Shown here: positions 37,530 to 48,081 of the stretch, piece after piece
How positions within the stretch are numbered: the stretch's first letter is position 1
How the letters are laid out: the number at the start of each line of letters is the position of its first letter
Assembly: GCA_965368245.1 (NCBI GenBank)
Contig: CBDUMD010000007.1
Coordinates: 2,436 to 66,435 of the forward strand
Source: an uncultured Thermoproteales archaeon
Lineage (GTDB): Archaea > Thermoproteota > Thermoprotei > Thermofilales > B20-G17
Length of the DNA stretch: 64,000 bases
Reading direction: 5' to 3'
Translations under genes and position numbers: made by a program
Notes under the pieces: model-generated
Told to the model about the DNA's origin: nothing
Seen by the model: the letters and a program-made list of their open reading frames with translations, nothing else
The model's database searches: none

Positions 37530-39206
37530 ATGTTGAAATTACGACGCGGTGAGATTATGTCACTACAAACCAGTAAAGGGACTATGAAAGGGACTATACC
37601 CGCGTTAATTCTAAAGGAAGGGACCTCTAGGACTGTTGGAGAGGAGGCTCGACGCACCAATATACTTGCCGCACGAATAATTGCTGAAACTTTAGCTTCC
37701 TCTCTGGGTCCAAGGGGAATGGATAAACTGCTTGTAGACGCTTTCGGGAGTGCAACTATAACAGGTGACGGTGCAACCATACTAAAGGAAATGGATGTAC
37801 AGCATCCTGCCGCAAAAATGTTAGTAGAGGTTGCTAAAGCCCAGGATGAAGAGGTAGGTGACGGTACTACAAGCGTAGTTGTATTGGCCGGAGAATTGTT
37901 GAAGAATGCCGGCGAGCTATTGGACGAAAATATTCACTCTACCCTTGTTATAAGCGGTTTTAAGAAAGCATTAGAAGAAGCCTTAAAGACCGTTGATGAA
38001 ATAGCAGTAAAAGTCGACCCACTAGATAAACAAGTTCTCAAACAAGTTGCTGCCACAGCACTGGCCAGCAAAGTAGTTGCAGAGTTCAGGGACTTTCTCG
38101 CCGAATTGGCCGTAGAAGCAGCCCTTAACGTCGTCCAAAAGACATCTGATGGAAAATTCAAAGTCGATTTAAACGACATTAAAGTAGAGAAGAAGAAGGG
38201 TGAATCCATTGAGGACACCGAGCTGGTTAAAGGAATAGTGCTAGACAAGGAAGTGGTACACCCAGATATGCCTAAAAGGATAGAAAACGCAAAAATCGCC
38301 CTCCTCGATACTCCCTTGGAAATAGAGAAACCGGAGTGGAGCGCCAAAATCCGCGTAACAAGCCCCGAGCAATTAAAAGCCTTCCTCGAACAGGAAGCTG
38401 AAATACTCAAGAAGATGGTTGATAAAATAGCATCCATTGGCACCAATGTTGTCATAACCCAGAAGGGAATCGACGACCTAGCCCAACACTATTTAGCAAA
38501 GAAGGGAATAATGGCAATACGCAGGGTTAAAAGATCCGATATCGAGCGACTAGCTAAGGCCACCGGAGCTAAAATCATCACGAATATTGAAGACTTAACT
38601 GAAAAAGACCTAGGAACTGCGGGAATGGTGGAGGAGCGTAAAATCGGAGAAGATAAAATGGTCTTCATTGAGAAGTGCCCCAACCCGAGGGCAGTAACAA
38701 TACTTGTAAGGGGAGGGGCTGAACACATCGTCGACGAGGTTGAAAGAGCCGTACACGACGCGTTATGTGTTGTAAGGAACGTGATAGAAGAACCGAAAAT
38801 ACTCGCAGGCGGTGGTGCACCAGAAATAGAGATCGCCCGAAGACTACGGGAGTTCGCAACCACATTAGGTAGTAAAGAACAGTTAGCAGTATTAAAGTAT
38901 GCGGAGGCATTAGAATCCATTCCAGCAATCTTAGCCCACAACGCCGGTATGGAGCCGATCGACGCTGTAGTGGAACTCCGCAACAGACACGAGAAGGGAG
39001 AGGTGTGGGCTGGAGTCGACGTATTAAACAGTAGAATCGCAGATATGTTCAAGGCTAATGTGATTGAGCCATCAAGGGTTGTAAAGCAGAAGCTTAAATC
39101 CGCCACCGAGGCAGCCGAAATGATCCTAAGAATAGATGATATAATAGCAGCCGCTCCACCGAAGGAAAAAGGTAAAGAAGGAGAACGTAAAGAGGAATTT
39201 GAGTAG
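37530..39206 (+). CDS. ths: thermosome subunit, second paralogue
   Basis: [34 protein letters not shown] likely start is ATG 37557. Confidence 0.95.
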   Translation: MLKLRRGEIMSLQTSKGTMKGTIPALILKEGTSRTVGEEARRTNILAARIIAETLASSLGPRGMDKLLVDAFGSATITGDGATILKEMDVQHPAAKMLVEVAKAQDEEVGDGTTSVVVLAGELLKNAGELLDENIHSTLVISGFKKALEEALKTVDEIAVKVDPLDKQVLKQVAATALASKVVAEFRDFLAELAVEAALNVVQKTSDGKFKVDLNDIKVEKKKGESIEDTELVKGIVLDKEVVHPDMPKRIENAKIALLDTPLEIEKPEWSAKIRVTSPEQLKAFLEQEAEILKKMVDKIASIGTNVVITQKGIDDLAQHYLAKKGIMAIRRVKRSDIERLAKATGAKIITNIEDLTEKDLGTAGMVEERKIGEDKMVFIEKCPNPRAVTILVRGGAEHIVDEVERAVHDALCVVRNVIEEPKILAGGGAPEIEIARRLREFATTLGSKEQLAVLKYAEALESIPAILAHNAGMEPIDAVVELRNRHEKGEVWAGVDVLNSRIADMFKANVIEPSRVVKQKLKSATEAAEMILRIDDIIAAAPPKEKGKEGERKEEFE

Positions 39207-39475
39207 TGAAAATAATGGTAATGCAAACAAAATTTGACATCAAGATCGGCCCCCGAAAATTAACGAGATACGAGAAGGCAAGAATAGTCGGCGCACGGGC
39301 TTTACAAATAACTCTAGGGGCGCCAGTACTTCTTAAAATACCGCCACATGTAAAGGATCCTATAGAAATAGCGTTAATGGAGCTTAAAGCAAAAGTCTTA
39401 CCTATAATCGTTAGAAGAAGGCTGCCGAACAATAAATACCAGGACATCCCGTTAAAATACCTCGAAATAGAATAA
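39206..39475 (+). CDS. rpoK: DNA-directed RNA polymerase subunit K (Rpo6)
   Basis: [26 protein letters not shown]...[21 protein letters not shown]. Confidence 0.9.
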   Translation: MKIMVMQTKFDIKIGPRKLTRYEKARIVGARALQITLGAPVLLKIPPHVKDPIEIALMELKAKVLPIIVRRRLPNNKYQDIPLKYLEIE

Positions 39476-39499
39476 GTTTATTTTAATAATAAGGTGTTT

Positions 39500-39847
39500 T
39501 TAAAGCGATATTATTTTAATTGAAAGTTCACCTTTTTCTTCATGGATTACAACTTCTACTTCCTCTCCTATCTCAGGTTTTCTCGATATCATATCCCATT
39601 CTTCTTCCGTTAAAAACAGGGTTAAGCGGGGTATAGTGATTCTGGCTTTCGGGGTCAGAGATCGTACAACTTGGTTTACTATCGGCATTATCTCCCGCAT
39701 TAAATCACCGTCTCTACTTTGAGAGGCGATGATTGGTCCGGGTAGCTCCCTTTCCTCCACTAGCTCCAGTTTAACTAGATGTTCTCCCAGAGGATTTGAA
39801 ATTAGAGTCTTTGAAGATATGACTGCTTTAAATTTCAATTCTCCCAT
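39500..39847 (-). CDS. hypothetical protein
   Basis: 115-aa ORF with coding-like composition. No motif recognised. Confidence 0.4.
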   Translation of the reverse strand: MGELKFKAVISSKTLISNPLGEHLVKLELVEERELPGPIIASQSRDGDLMREIMPIVNQVVRSLTPKARITIPRLTLFLTEEEWDMISRKPEIGEEVEVVIHEEKGELSIKIISL

Positions 39848-39970
39848 AATTACATCTACCTTATGGTATTACTGCCACTGCACTATAAAATAGATTTTCA
39901 TATCGATGCCGTTTCAGGAGCGCTCCATGTTTTCATTAGAAAATATTAAGTAAAAGCGGGAAATAATCTC

Positions 39971-41776
39971 TTGGGGCATGTAATGGGAGAGTGGGTTAGA
40001 TCACCTATTGTCGTTGTCCTAGGGCATGTTGATGTAGGTAAGACTACACTCCTAGATAAGATAAGGGGAACAGCTGTTGCTCTCAAAGAGCCTGGAACGA
40101 TGACACAGCATATAGGAGCATCCTTCCTGCCCTGGAGTGCCCTAGAGAAAGTTTGCGGACCATTATTGAAACGTATTAAAGCCAGGGTTAGGATCCCAGG
40201 CCTATTAGTCATAGACACGCCGGGGCATGAGGCTTTCGTCAACCTTAGAAAGAGGGGCGGTAGCATCGCCGACATAGCTATCCTAGTGATAGATATAAAC
40301 CGTGGTTTCGAGAAACAAACGTATGAAAGCGTGGAAATATTAAAGGCACGTAGGACGCCTTTCCTAGTGGTTGCAAACAAGATAGATAAAATACCTGGTT
40401 GGCGGCCAACTCCCGGGGCAAGTTTCTTAGAGACCGTTAAAAAACAACAAGAAGCCGTCGTAATAAAACTTGAGGAATTGCTATACAAGATAATAGGTGA
40501 ATTCAAAAACCTAGGATTCAGAGCAGATCGCTACGATAGAATAAGCGATTTCTCTAAAATTGTAGCTATAATACCGACTAGCGCGACGACAGGGGAAGGG
40601 ATCCCCGATCTCCTTATGGTCTTGGCGGGACTAGCTCAAAGATTCATGTTAGATCACCTAAAGACCGTGGAGGAGCCTGCCAGAGGCGTAGTCTTAGAGG
40701 TTAAAGAGGAGCCAGGATTAGGGACAACAATCGACACGATAATCTACGATGGCATACTTCGGAAGGGAGATATCATAGTGGTAGGCGGGATGACGAAACC
40801 CATAGTCACCAAGGTTAGAGCTATTTTGGTTCCTAAACCCCTCGATGAAATAAGGTCGCCTGAGGATCGCTTCAAGCAGGTGGAACAGATAGCCGCTGCA
40901 GCAGGGGTCAAGATAGCGGCTCCCAAGCTCGAGGATGCTTTAGCTGGCGCACCAGTAGTAGCCATATGGGAAGGCGAAAAATTACAGCAAATAATAGATT
41001 CCATAGCAGAAGAGATTGCAAGCATAAGGCTTCGCAGAGAAATTCTAGGGGTTATCATTAAGGCAGACACCCTAGGCTCTCTTGAAGCCCTAGTAGACTA
41101 TGTAAAGCGGTACAATGTGCCTGTCAGATATGCAGATATAGGTCCAGTAGCCAAGCGGGATGTAATTGAGGCTTCGCTTGTAAAGAAGGAGGATAAATAT
41201 CTTGGTGTTATACTGGCATTCAATGTTAAAATACCCCCAGAAATAGAATTCGAGGCCCAGAAAACAGGGGTCAAGATATTTAGCAGTAGGATCATCTATA
41301 GGCTCGTGGAAGATTACCTCCAATGGGTTGAAGAAGCCAAGCATAGGGATGCAACCCTAACCCTCTCGAAACTAATATACCCAGCCAAGATACAGATTCT
41401 ACCAGGCTACGTATTTAGACGACGCGACCCAGTCATAGTTGGCATAAAGGTTTTAGGTGGGATTCTAAAGCCAGGAGCCCCCCTCATGAGGAGCGACGGG
41501 AAACAAGTGGGCAGGATAATGCAGATACAGGATAAAGGCAATGCAATTAGGGAGGCAAAAACGGGCATGGAGGTTGCAGTCTCCATACGCGGAAACGTCA
41601 TGGTTGGCAGACAGATAAAGGAAGGGGATACCTTATATGTGGATGTACCATTCGAGCACGTAGAGGCTTTAAAAAATCTTCCCGAACCGATACCAGATGA
41701 AGATCTAAAAGTACTCGAGGAAATAGAGCGAATTAAAATCAATAAAATACGAAGGAAGATAATGGAAGAAGAGTGA
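39971..41776 (+). CDS. infB: translation initiation factor aIF5B
   Basis: RSPIVVVLGHVDVGKTTLLDKIRGT, DTPGHEAF, ANKIDK. 601 aa. Start at TTG 39971 or ATG 39983. Confidence 0.95.
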   Translation: MGHVMGEWVRSPIVVVLGHVDVGKTTLLDKIRGTAVALKEPGTMTQHIGASFLPWSALEKVCGPLLKRIKARVRIPGLLVIDTPGHEAFVNLRKRGGSIADIAILVIDINRGFEKQTYESVEILKARRTPFLVVANKIDKIPGWRPTPGASFLETVKKQQEAVVIKLEELLYKIIGEFKNLGFRADRYDRISDFSKIVAIIPTSATTGEGIPDLLMVLAGLAQRFMLDHLKTVEEPARGVVLEVKEEPGLGTTIDTIIYDGILRKGDIIVVGGMTKPIVTKVRAILVPKPLDEIRSPEDRFKQVEQIAAAAGVKIAAPKLEDALAGAPVVAIWEGEKLQQIIDSIAEEIASIRLRREILGVIIKADTLGSLEALVDYVKRYNVPVRYADIGPVAKRDVIEASLVKKEDKYLGVILAFNVKIPPEIEFEAQKTGVKIFSSRIIYRLVEDYLQWVEEAKHRDATLTLSKLIYPAKIQILPGYVFRRRDPVIVGIKVLGGILKPGAPLMRSDGKQVGRIMQIQDKGNAIREAKTGMEVAVSIRGNVMVGRQIKEGDTLYVDVPFEHVEALKNLPEPIPDEDLKVLEEIERIKINKIRRKIMEEE

Positions 41777-42014
41777 TATTGGGCGAGGAACAAAGCACAT
41801 TAAAGGACTACACCATTTTGACGGGCGCAATCCTTTTATAAACTATCAAGGGTTTTCGATATGAATGAAGAAGGTCATAGAGCGCGGAGGAAAACCGATG
41901 AAGATCAGGCTAGGCTCTGATACGAAAATTATCCCTTGGTAAAGTATGGTTGAGTCTTCCCAGCCCATTATCTGCATCCAGAAATAATTTAAATTTATTA
42001 GTTAATGGACATTA

Positions 42015-42305
42015 ATGAGAGAGGTGGGGCTTTTGACTCAGGCTAGGATAGAGAAAAGAATGAGACTACGGAGAAGAAGTGATGTACAGAAAGGTACGGC
42101 GAAGATGAATCCTAAGGCCATTAAATACCTGAAAATCGAAAATGAGCTTGAGGCCGTAGTAGCCGGTAAAAAGAAGCTAAGATTTAGGGTTCTAGCATGG
42201 GATGAAACACCGGAGAACGAAGTTTGGTGTAATGAAGAGGAACTCCAGATGCACGGTGTAGCCGATAGAACAATAGCTACATGTCGGGCTCCATTAAACA
42301 AGTAA
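42015..42305 (+). CDS. hypothetical protein (possibly only the 66-aa part from MNPKAIKYL)
   Basis: ORF only. It lies in a low-density region and no motif was recognised. Confidence 0.3.
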   Translation: MREVGLLTQARIEKRMRLRRRSDVQKGTAKMNPKAIKYLKIENELEAVVAGKKKLRFRVLAWDETPENEVWCNEEELQMHGVADRTIATCRAPLNK

Positions 42306-42340
42306 GCGAAATCCCTATATTTTCCTTATGGTGAAAAGAC

Positions 42341-43027
42341 TTGGAGAAATACATGGCTTTCATGAATGAAGGATACCCTGTGCAAGGTAGTATTGCACAG
42401 AAGAAGATAGTTGAATTATCTCTTAAGGAAAATATTCTCCTCATAGAGATGTTAAAGGAAGTCATCAACGCCACCTATAATATTCAGTCCTTAACCCGAG
42501 AAGATTTCCAGAAAAACATCGATGAAATAAAGAGGCTTAAACTTGAAGCAGAAGCCGTGAAAAAAGATTTCCTAAATTATATTTCTAAGACATCGCCCTC
42601 CCTGCTTTACAAGGACGAGTGGATAAGGCTCTTCTTTAAAATCAGAGGTCTGGCAGATAAGATCGTTGGAGTAGCTTATAGGTTAGAGCATATATTAAAT
42701 GAGGGTGTAGGGGTCTCTAAAGACATGATCTCCCTACTTGAAAAGCTGACTGACGAAGTTTTAGGTATACTTGAAAGCCTGAAAGCCGCATTAAACTATA
42801 CAATGGTAAACGCTGTTAGAGCCTTAAAGGCCTGCGATGAAATCGAAGCAAAGGAAAACAAAATAGATGAACTATATAGGAAGATAAGCTTCAGTATACT
42901 GGAAGAAGATCTTTCCCTTAGAAACATGCTCATACTTAAAGAAGCCGTAGAAATGCTGGAAACCATAGCCGATACAATCGAATACGCCAGCGACGATCTA
43001 CGCATAATCTTGCTAAACATGATGTAG
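42341..43027 (+). CDS. DUF47/PhoU-like helical protein (putative phosphate-transport regulator family)
   Basis: All-helical, 228 aa. The C-terminal LILKEAVEMLETIADTIEYASDDLRIILL resembles the DUF47 terminal motif. No Pit transporter gene is adjacent. Confidence 0.45.
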   Translation: MEKYMAFMNEGYPVQGSIAQKKIVELSLKENILLIEMLKEVINATYNIQSLTREDFQKNIDEIKRLKLEAEAVKKDFLNYISKTSPSLLYKDEWIRLFFKIRGLADKIVGVAYRLEHILNEGVGVSKDMISLLEKLTDEVLGILESLKAALNYTMVNAVRALKACDEIEAKENKIDELYRKISFSILEEDLSLRNMLILKEAVEMLETIADTIEYASDDLRIILLNMM

Positions 43028-43364
43028 CTGTTTCCACTGCTCTGTGATTTTTACATGGAATATACTGCTATAGAATTTTGTTCTGAACATGGCTTAAGGT
43101 CGGATTCCGTTAAAAACTCAAGTATTGAGTCTTGCATCTTCCATCTTCATCCTTATTGAAGACGGCAAACCCAAATACAAGTTCAATAATACTACCGTCG
43201 ACACCATTTCTTTAAAACAATCGTGTTCCCCGAAAACATCTAAACAAGGGAATGGCCCCCTGAACTGTTTCTCTTTCTTCATCTTTGTCGGTGTTTTCTA
43301 AAATATTTAAAAGAGATTTACATGTGAAGTTATAAGAATGTAACATAATGTATTAAGAGAGTGG

Positions 43365-43937
43365 ATGAGGGAGAGGATGTTCGAAGCCTTCGGCTTAGAA
43401 GCATCTTCCAGGATCTCTGGGCGGAGAAAACTAAAAGAAGGAAGAATAGATACTAGAAAAATACTGGCCGCTATAAGTATTATAAGTTTAGTGGGAGTTG
43501 CTGTCTACTTTTTATCCCAGGACATGCAACCCCCAACCATAAAAATAATAGAAAAATCTCAACAGGACAAGAAACTTTTCCTAAAAGCAAGAATCCGAGA
43601 TCAATCCGGGATAGACGGAGCCTACATTCTAGTTAAGTATCCTTCCAGTAAGACCCTAAATATAACATTATTTTCTTCGGACGGCGTTTATTCTCTACTA
43701 TCTCCATTAAACTTAAGTGAAGAAGGTGTCTACTATATTCAGATTTTCGCAAGAGATGGTAAGGGTAATCTTGAATGTATGACGACGAGCTTCACTCTCT
43801 ACGATAACCCTAAGATCGTTAACATGAGCTATCTTTATGTCCCTAATACGCTGAGATTCAACGTAACGGCGAAGGATTCGACCGGAATTTCCAAAGTCCT
43901 ACTTGATGGTGGTTCGAGAATTACAAGAAAGATGTGA
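43365..43937 (+). CDS. hypothetical N-terminally anchored extracellular protein, probably the 5' part of a disrupted larger gene
   Basis: TM anchor ILAAISIISLVGVAVYFL followed by beta-rich repeats. The ORF stops where a protein-like reading continues in another frame. Confidence 0.4.
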   Translation: MRERMFEAFGLEASSRISGRRKLKEGRIDTRKILAAISIISLVGVAVYFLSQDMQPPTIKIIEKSQQDKKLFLKARIRDQSGIDGAYILVKYPSSKTLNITLFSSDGVYSLLSPLNLSEEGVYYIQIFARDGKGNLECMTTSFTLYDNPKIVNMSYLYVPNTLRFNVTAKDSTGISKVLLDGGSRITRKM

Positions 43938-44483
43938 TTGAGGGTAAAAAAGTTAAATCGCTTGCTTACAAGATTTCACATAATAACATTTTCTTTGGGC
44001 CCGGAAAAACTGGCCAAATAGTTTTGTTGCTTATCAGGGAGGTACCGAATTACAACAAGGTTCGTGGATATATCCGAGGGGAGGAATCCTCAAAGCAATT
44101 TACAACGAAACGGATTGTGTTGTGCCGATAGATATCGGGTACGCTATATGGGCCGGAGGAAAGAAAAGTCCTTTGCCATTCGTCACGGAAGCAAATCTTG
44201 GCTTGGCAGCGGCTGTTGTTGATTGGATTAAAGGTATGCCTGCTACACGAATATTTGCAGATTATCCGGGATCTAACACTGCTCATGATCATGTTGCCAG
44301 GTTTGTGAATCACTATCTTCAGAAAAAATCATAGAATTTGGTTTAAAACATGGTTATGGTCAACCTATCAAGATAGACGGAGTTGTAGCTTTTCACCCAT
44401 GGTTATACGAAAACCCCTATCTAAGGATTATGCTCGTAGAAATGATAAGCCGGAGTTATCATACACACCAGCGGGTCTTATAG
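43934..44483 (+). pseudogene. frameshifted gene remnants (at least three consecutive protein-like reading segments in different frames)
   Basis: Segments 43934-44131, 44122-44334 and 44334-44483 (EFGLKHGYGQPIKIDGVVAFHPWLYENPYLR...) follow each other in frames 2, 1 and 0. Confidence 0.4.
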
Positions 44484-44697
44484 GACGTGGTTGAAGTTTT
44501 AAAAATAAAATGGAAATTCAAACTCATTGATAAATTAAAGATAGTTGAAGGTCTAGAAGGTTGAGGAAATTCTTGGATGGAGGATCACGTATCCATGGAT
44601 TCTCAAGTTTCTTACCAACTCTGCATGCACATTTTCTAGGATTGTGGAAGGGTAGATGGTTTTGATGTGTAAGAATTTTTCTATAACGTATTCGAAA

Positions 44698-44772
44698 CGG
44701 GCCCGCCGGGATTCGAACCCGGGACCTGCGGCTCCGAAGGCCGCCGCTCTATCCTAGCTGAGCTACGGGCCC
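44698..44772 (-). tRNA. tRNA-Arg (anticodon UCG)
   Basis: Reverse complement: GGGCCCG-UA-GCUC...GAGC-G-GCGGC-CUUCGGA-GCCGC-AGGUC-CCGGG-UUCGAAU-CCCGG-CGGGCCC-G. Confidence 0.9.
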
Positions 44773-44790
44773 TTGGCTTATTCTGGAGGA

Positions 44791-45477
44791 TTAGTCGCTA
44801 AAAACTATTTCTGTTCCGATGTGTTCTCCAGCTAGTATTCTTAAAATGTTTTTGGGTGGGTTTCCGTTGAAGACTATGGTTTTGATTTTGGATCGCTTTA
44901 TCAGTTTTATGGCGAAGCTGTCTAGGAGGGGGTAGGTTCCAGCAGATATTTTCTGTACGATGTATTTTTCGGCTTCTTCTATGTGGAGACGGGGCAAGAG
45001 TTTTGCGTTTGGGTCTGTTTTCGGGTCCGAGGTGTAAACCCCGTCAACGGTTGTAGCCAAAAGCAGTAGGTTGGCTTTGATAGCTTCGGCGCAGAGGGCT
45101 GCTACGGTCGTGGTCGACTGGCCTGGTTCGAAGCCGCCTGTAACTATTATCTTGGCATAAGGTAGATGGCTTTCCAAGTCGTCTATGGATGATGGAATGT
45201 ACTTGAGTGAATTATCGATGAAGTATGCTAGTATTAGGGCATGGATTCTGGAGACCTCTATTCCTATACGGTCTTTTTGAAGCTCCGTGAAGCCCAGCTT
45301 CCTTCCTACGTGAATGTAATGTCTAGCTGTTTCGCCGCCACCTGCAACTATTACTATTTTCTCTGTTTTCTCGGAAATTTGGGCTAGAACATCTTTTAGA
45401 CTTGAAATATATTTGCAGTCTATGTGCCCCGGCTTAGGTGATAGTAGATGTCCACTTATCTTCAACACTATCCTCAT
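44791..45477 (-). CDS. pyrH: uridylate kinase (archaeal PyrH)
   Basis: MRIVLKISGHLL...IVIVAGGGETARHYI...VTGGFEPGQSTTTVAALCAE...VDGVYTSDP. ATG 45477 lies inside the longer ORF. Confidence 0.85.
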   Translation of the reverse strand: MRIVLKISGHLLSPKPGHIDCKYISSLKDVLAQISEKTEKIVIVAGGGETARHYIHVGRKLGFTELQKDRIGIEVSRIHALILAYFIDNSLKYIPSSIDDLESHLPYAKIIVTGGFEPGQSTTTVAALCAEAIKANLLLLATTVDGVYTSDPKTDPNAKLLPRLHIEEAEKYIVQKISAGTYPLLDSFAIKLIKRSKIKTIVFNGNPPKNILRILAGEHIGTEIVFSD

Positions 45478-45583
45478 TTTACCCCCCTGTCTCAAAATAA
45501 ACATCCCCCAATATAAGTACTTGGAAATTTTCATGGAAACCCATTTTTGGGAATAACTTAAATTAAAGAAACGTAAAACCTTC

Positions 45584-46843
45584 GTGGGGTATGTAATGAA
45601 AAAAGGTCACAATGAAATGAGTGAAGTAGAGAAATACAAATTGAAAAGGTTGATAGAGGAACTTAAAAGTAAGAGGGGTAGAGGCACCGAGCTCATCTCT
45701 TTATATATTCCAGCCGGTAGACCATTGGCAGATATAATGAATATCCTTAGACAGGAGTACTCTACCGCTACGAACATAAAGGATAGAACTACGAGACACC
45801 ATGTTTTAGATGCACTTACAAGCGTTATGCAACGGCTTAAATTGTTTAGGACTACTCCTCCAAACGGGCTGATAATATTCTGTGGGTACGTTGTCAGGGG
45901 GGCTCCGGGAGACGAGAAGCTGGAAATCCACGTACTTGAACCCCCATACAGGTTAAAGGTGTACCTGTACCGATGTGACTCTGTGTTTCATACGGAGATC
46001 CTTGAAGACATGTTGGAAGAAGAGGAGGTCTATGGCTTTATAGCTGTGGATAGAAGCGAGGCTGCCTTTGCTATTCTGAGAGGCAAAAACCTGGAGATAG
46101 TAGAGAAGATAACTTCAGGGGTGCCCGGTAAACATAGGGCTGGAGGGCAGTCGGCCAGACGCTTTGAAAGAGTTATAGAACAGTTGGCCCATGAATTTTA
46201 TAAACGAATAGGGGAATACGCTGAAAAAATATTCCTCAATGTAGCTGGGTTAAAGGGTATAGTTATAGGTGGGCCTGGCTTCACTAAAAACGAGTTTGTG
46301 GAAGGCGATTACCTACACTATGAATTGAAAAATAAGGTTCTAGCTGTCTTAGATATAGGGTACAGCGGTGAGGAGGGGATCTATGAGCTACTTAGAAGAT
46401 CCCAGGAGATACTTACTGACGCTAAGTTCTTCAGGGAACGCCAGCTAATGCAGGAGTTCCTCGACCATATTGTGAGAGATACGGGTTTAGCGGTCTACGG
46501 CTACAAGGAAATTCTCAAGGCTCTTCAAATGGGGGTAGTAAAAGTCCTTCTCGTCTCCGAAAAAGTCAACCTACTGTTCATGCGGCTAGTTTGTCCCCGC
46601 TGTGGACATGTAGTCGAGGAGGTAGCTAAAGAGGACGCCCCTTCCATAGACAAGAAATGTCCGAAATGCGGCTCAATTATGGCGGTTGAGGAGGAGAAAC
46701 AGTTAATAGATAAACTCCTTGAGCTTGCTGAACAAACAGGGGCAGAGGTGGAGATAGTTTCTTCGAGAACGGAGGAGGGTGAGGCCCTTAGAAGATCTTT
46801 TGGAGGTGTAGCAGCAATACTCCGTTTCAGGATGGAACTTTAG
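45584..46843 (+). CDS. prf1: peptide chain release factor aRF1
   Basis: YKLKRLIEELKSKRGRGTELISLYIP, NIKDRTTR (NIKS-like), KHRAGGQSARRFER (GGQ). The true start may be ATG 45617. Confidence 0.9.
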   Translation: MGYVMKKGHNEMSEVEKYKLKRLIEELKSKRGRGTELISLYIPAGRPLADIMNILRQEYSTATNIKDRTTRHHVLDALTSVMQRLKLFRTTPPNGLIIFCGYVVRGAPGDEKLEIHVLEPPYRLKVYLYRCDSVFHTEILEDMLEEEEVYGFIAVDRSEAAFAILRGKNLEIVEKITSGVPGKHRAGGQSARRFERVIEQLAHEFYKRIGEYAEKIFLNVAGLKGIVIGGPGFTKNEFVEGDYLHYELKNKVLAVLDIGYSGEEGIYELLRRSQEILTDAKFFRERQLMQEFLDHIVRDTGLAVYGYKEILKALQMGVVKVLLVSEKVNLLFMRLVCPRCGHVVEEVAKEDAPSIDKKCPKCGSIMAVEEEKQLIDKLLELAEQTGAEVEIVSSRTEEGEALRRSFGGVAAILRFRMEL

Positions 46844-46850
46844 TGGAAAA

Positions 46851-47486
46851 ATGTATAGAAATAAGTTTCTCAAGAAAAGAAATCTGGAGTTATTTCTGGA
46901 AAGAATACCGGAGGCTGTTGAACCCAAGCTTAAATTCGAGCAATACACTATACCCTCCGATCTTGCCGCTACTATACTCTGGATAATAGCGTTTGGGGAA
47001 AAGAGGATCGAAGGCAAGAAAGTGTTGGATCTGGGATGCGGTACAGGTAGACTAGGTTTAGGCGCCGCCGTACTGGGCGCCCAATTGGTGGTGGGTGTGG
47101 ACATAGATTATCGTCTCGTCTCCATAGCACATGAATCTGCAAAAAAACTGGGTTTAGTCGGGTCGTTTGAAGCGGTATGTGCTGACGTATCTCTGCCTCC
47201 TTTTCGCTGTAAAGTCGATGTTGTAATACAGAATCCTCCTTTCGGAGTGTATCATAAAGGCTACGACTTAAAGTTCCTTAAGTCCGCTTTCCAGCTCTCA
47301 AGTATAGTGTACTCCCTACATAAGTCGACGACAGTAGACTATATAAGGGATGTTGCAAGAAAGGAAGGTTGGGAAAGTAGGATACTTATGAGAGACTACT
47401 TTAGGATAAAGCAGAGTTACTGGTTTCATAGGAAGAAAAGCCACCTAGTTAAAGTGGCTTTAATAGCTTTCGAAAAGGTGGCGTAA
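46851..47486 (+). CDS. METTL5-like RNA (m6A) methyltransferase (COG2263-type)
   Basis: FEQYTIPSDLAA...VLDLGCGTGRLGLGAAVLGA..VVGVDID...VIQNPPFG. Confidence 0.7.
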   Translation: MYRNKFLKKRNLELFLERIPEAVEPKLKFEQYTIPSDLAATILWIIAFGEKRIEGKKVLDLGCGTGRLGLGAAVLGAQLVVGVDIDYRLVSIAHESAKKLGLVGSFEAVCADVSLPPFRCKVDVVIQNPPFGVYHKGYDLKFLKSAFQLSSIVYSLHKSTTVDYIRDVARKEGWESRILMRDYFRIKQSYWFHRKKSHLVKVALIAFEKVA

Positions 47487-47487
47487 C

Positions 47488-48066
47488 GTGAAGGAAGGTA
47501 GTATAAAAAGGGATATAGTAACTCCAGGGGAAACCCTCGCGGTTATAGAAGAGTTTTTCCCGGGGGAAAACACGCTGGAGAAGAAGGGTGAAATTAGGTC
47601 GCTCATAGTGGGTCTAATACAAGCAGACTTTAATAGGAGGGTAATTTCGGTTAGAAAGGCCCGGAAGAATCGTCCTCTCCTGCCGGAACCCGGAGACGTT
47701 ATCTATGCTCTGGTGCAGACGGTTAAAGACGGGGTTATCGCGATAAATGATATAATTGAAATAGAAAACAAGGGGGTATTATCCGTACCCTTCACAGGTA
47801 TACTTCATGTTTCGGAAAGCAGTAGTAGCTACGTGAAAAGCTTATATGAGATTCTAAGGCCCGGAGACTTTATCCGCGCAGTAGTTGTTGGACGTATGAA
47901 GGGCCCTCCCTACAGGCTGTCTATAAAGGGACGAGACTTCGGGGTCATACTTGCTCGCTGTAACTTCTGTCTCAGGTATCTGAGGCTTAAGGGAGGCCAG
48001 CTATACTGCGGCAGATGTAAGACGACTTTACGTAGGAAAATTTCACTCTACTACCTGTTTAAATAA
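47488..48066 (+). CDS. csl4: exosome complex RNA-binding protein Csl4
   Basis: VTPGETLAVIEEFFPGENT, an S1-like core, and a C-terminal zinc ribbon CNFC...CGRC. Confidence 0.8.
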   Translation: MKEGSIKRDIVTPGETLAVIEEFFPGENTLEKKGEIRSLIVGLIQADFNRRVISVRKARKNRPLLPEPGDVIYALVQTVKDGVIAINDIIEIENKGVLSVPFTGILHVSESSSSYVKSLYEILRPGDFIRAVVVGRMKGPPYRLSIKGRDFGVILARCNFCLRYLRLKGGQLYCGRCKTTLRRKISLYYLFK

Positions 48067-48081
48067 AAGGAGGTTTGTACC

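Noticed and set aside
44698-44772. tRNA-Arg as the attachment site of an integrated element
   Set aside because: I found no integrase ORF and no direct repeat of any tRNA-Arg segment by eye within 41.8-44.7 kb. Only gene decay is seen.
46589-46690. CxxC...CxxC zinc-ribbon insertion in the C-terminal domain of aRF1
   Set aside because: I believe such zinc-ribbon inserts occur in many archaeal aRF1 and Pelota proteins, so it is not obviously unusual.
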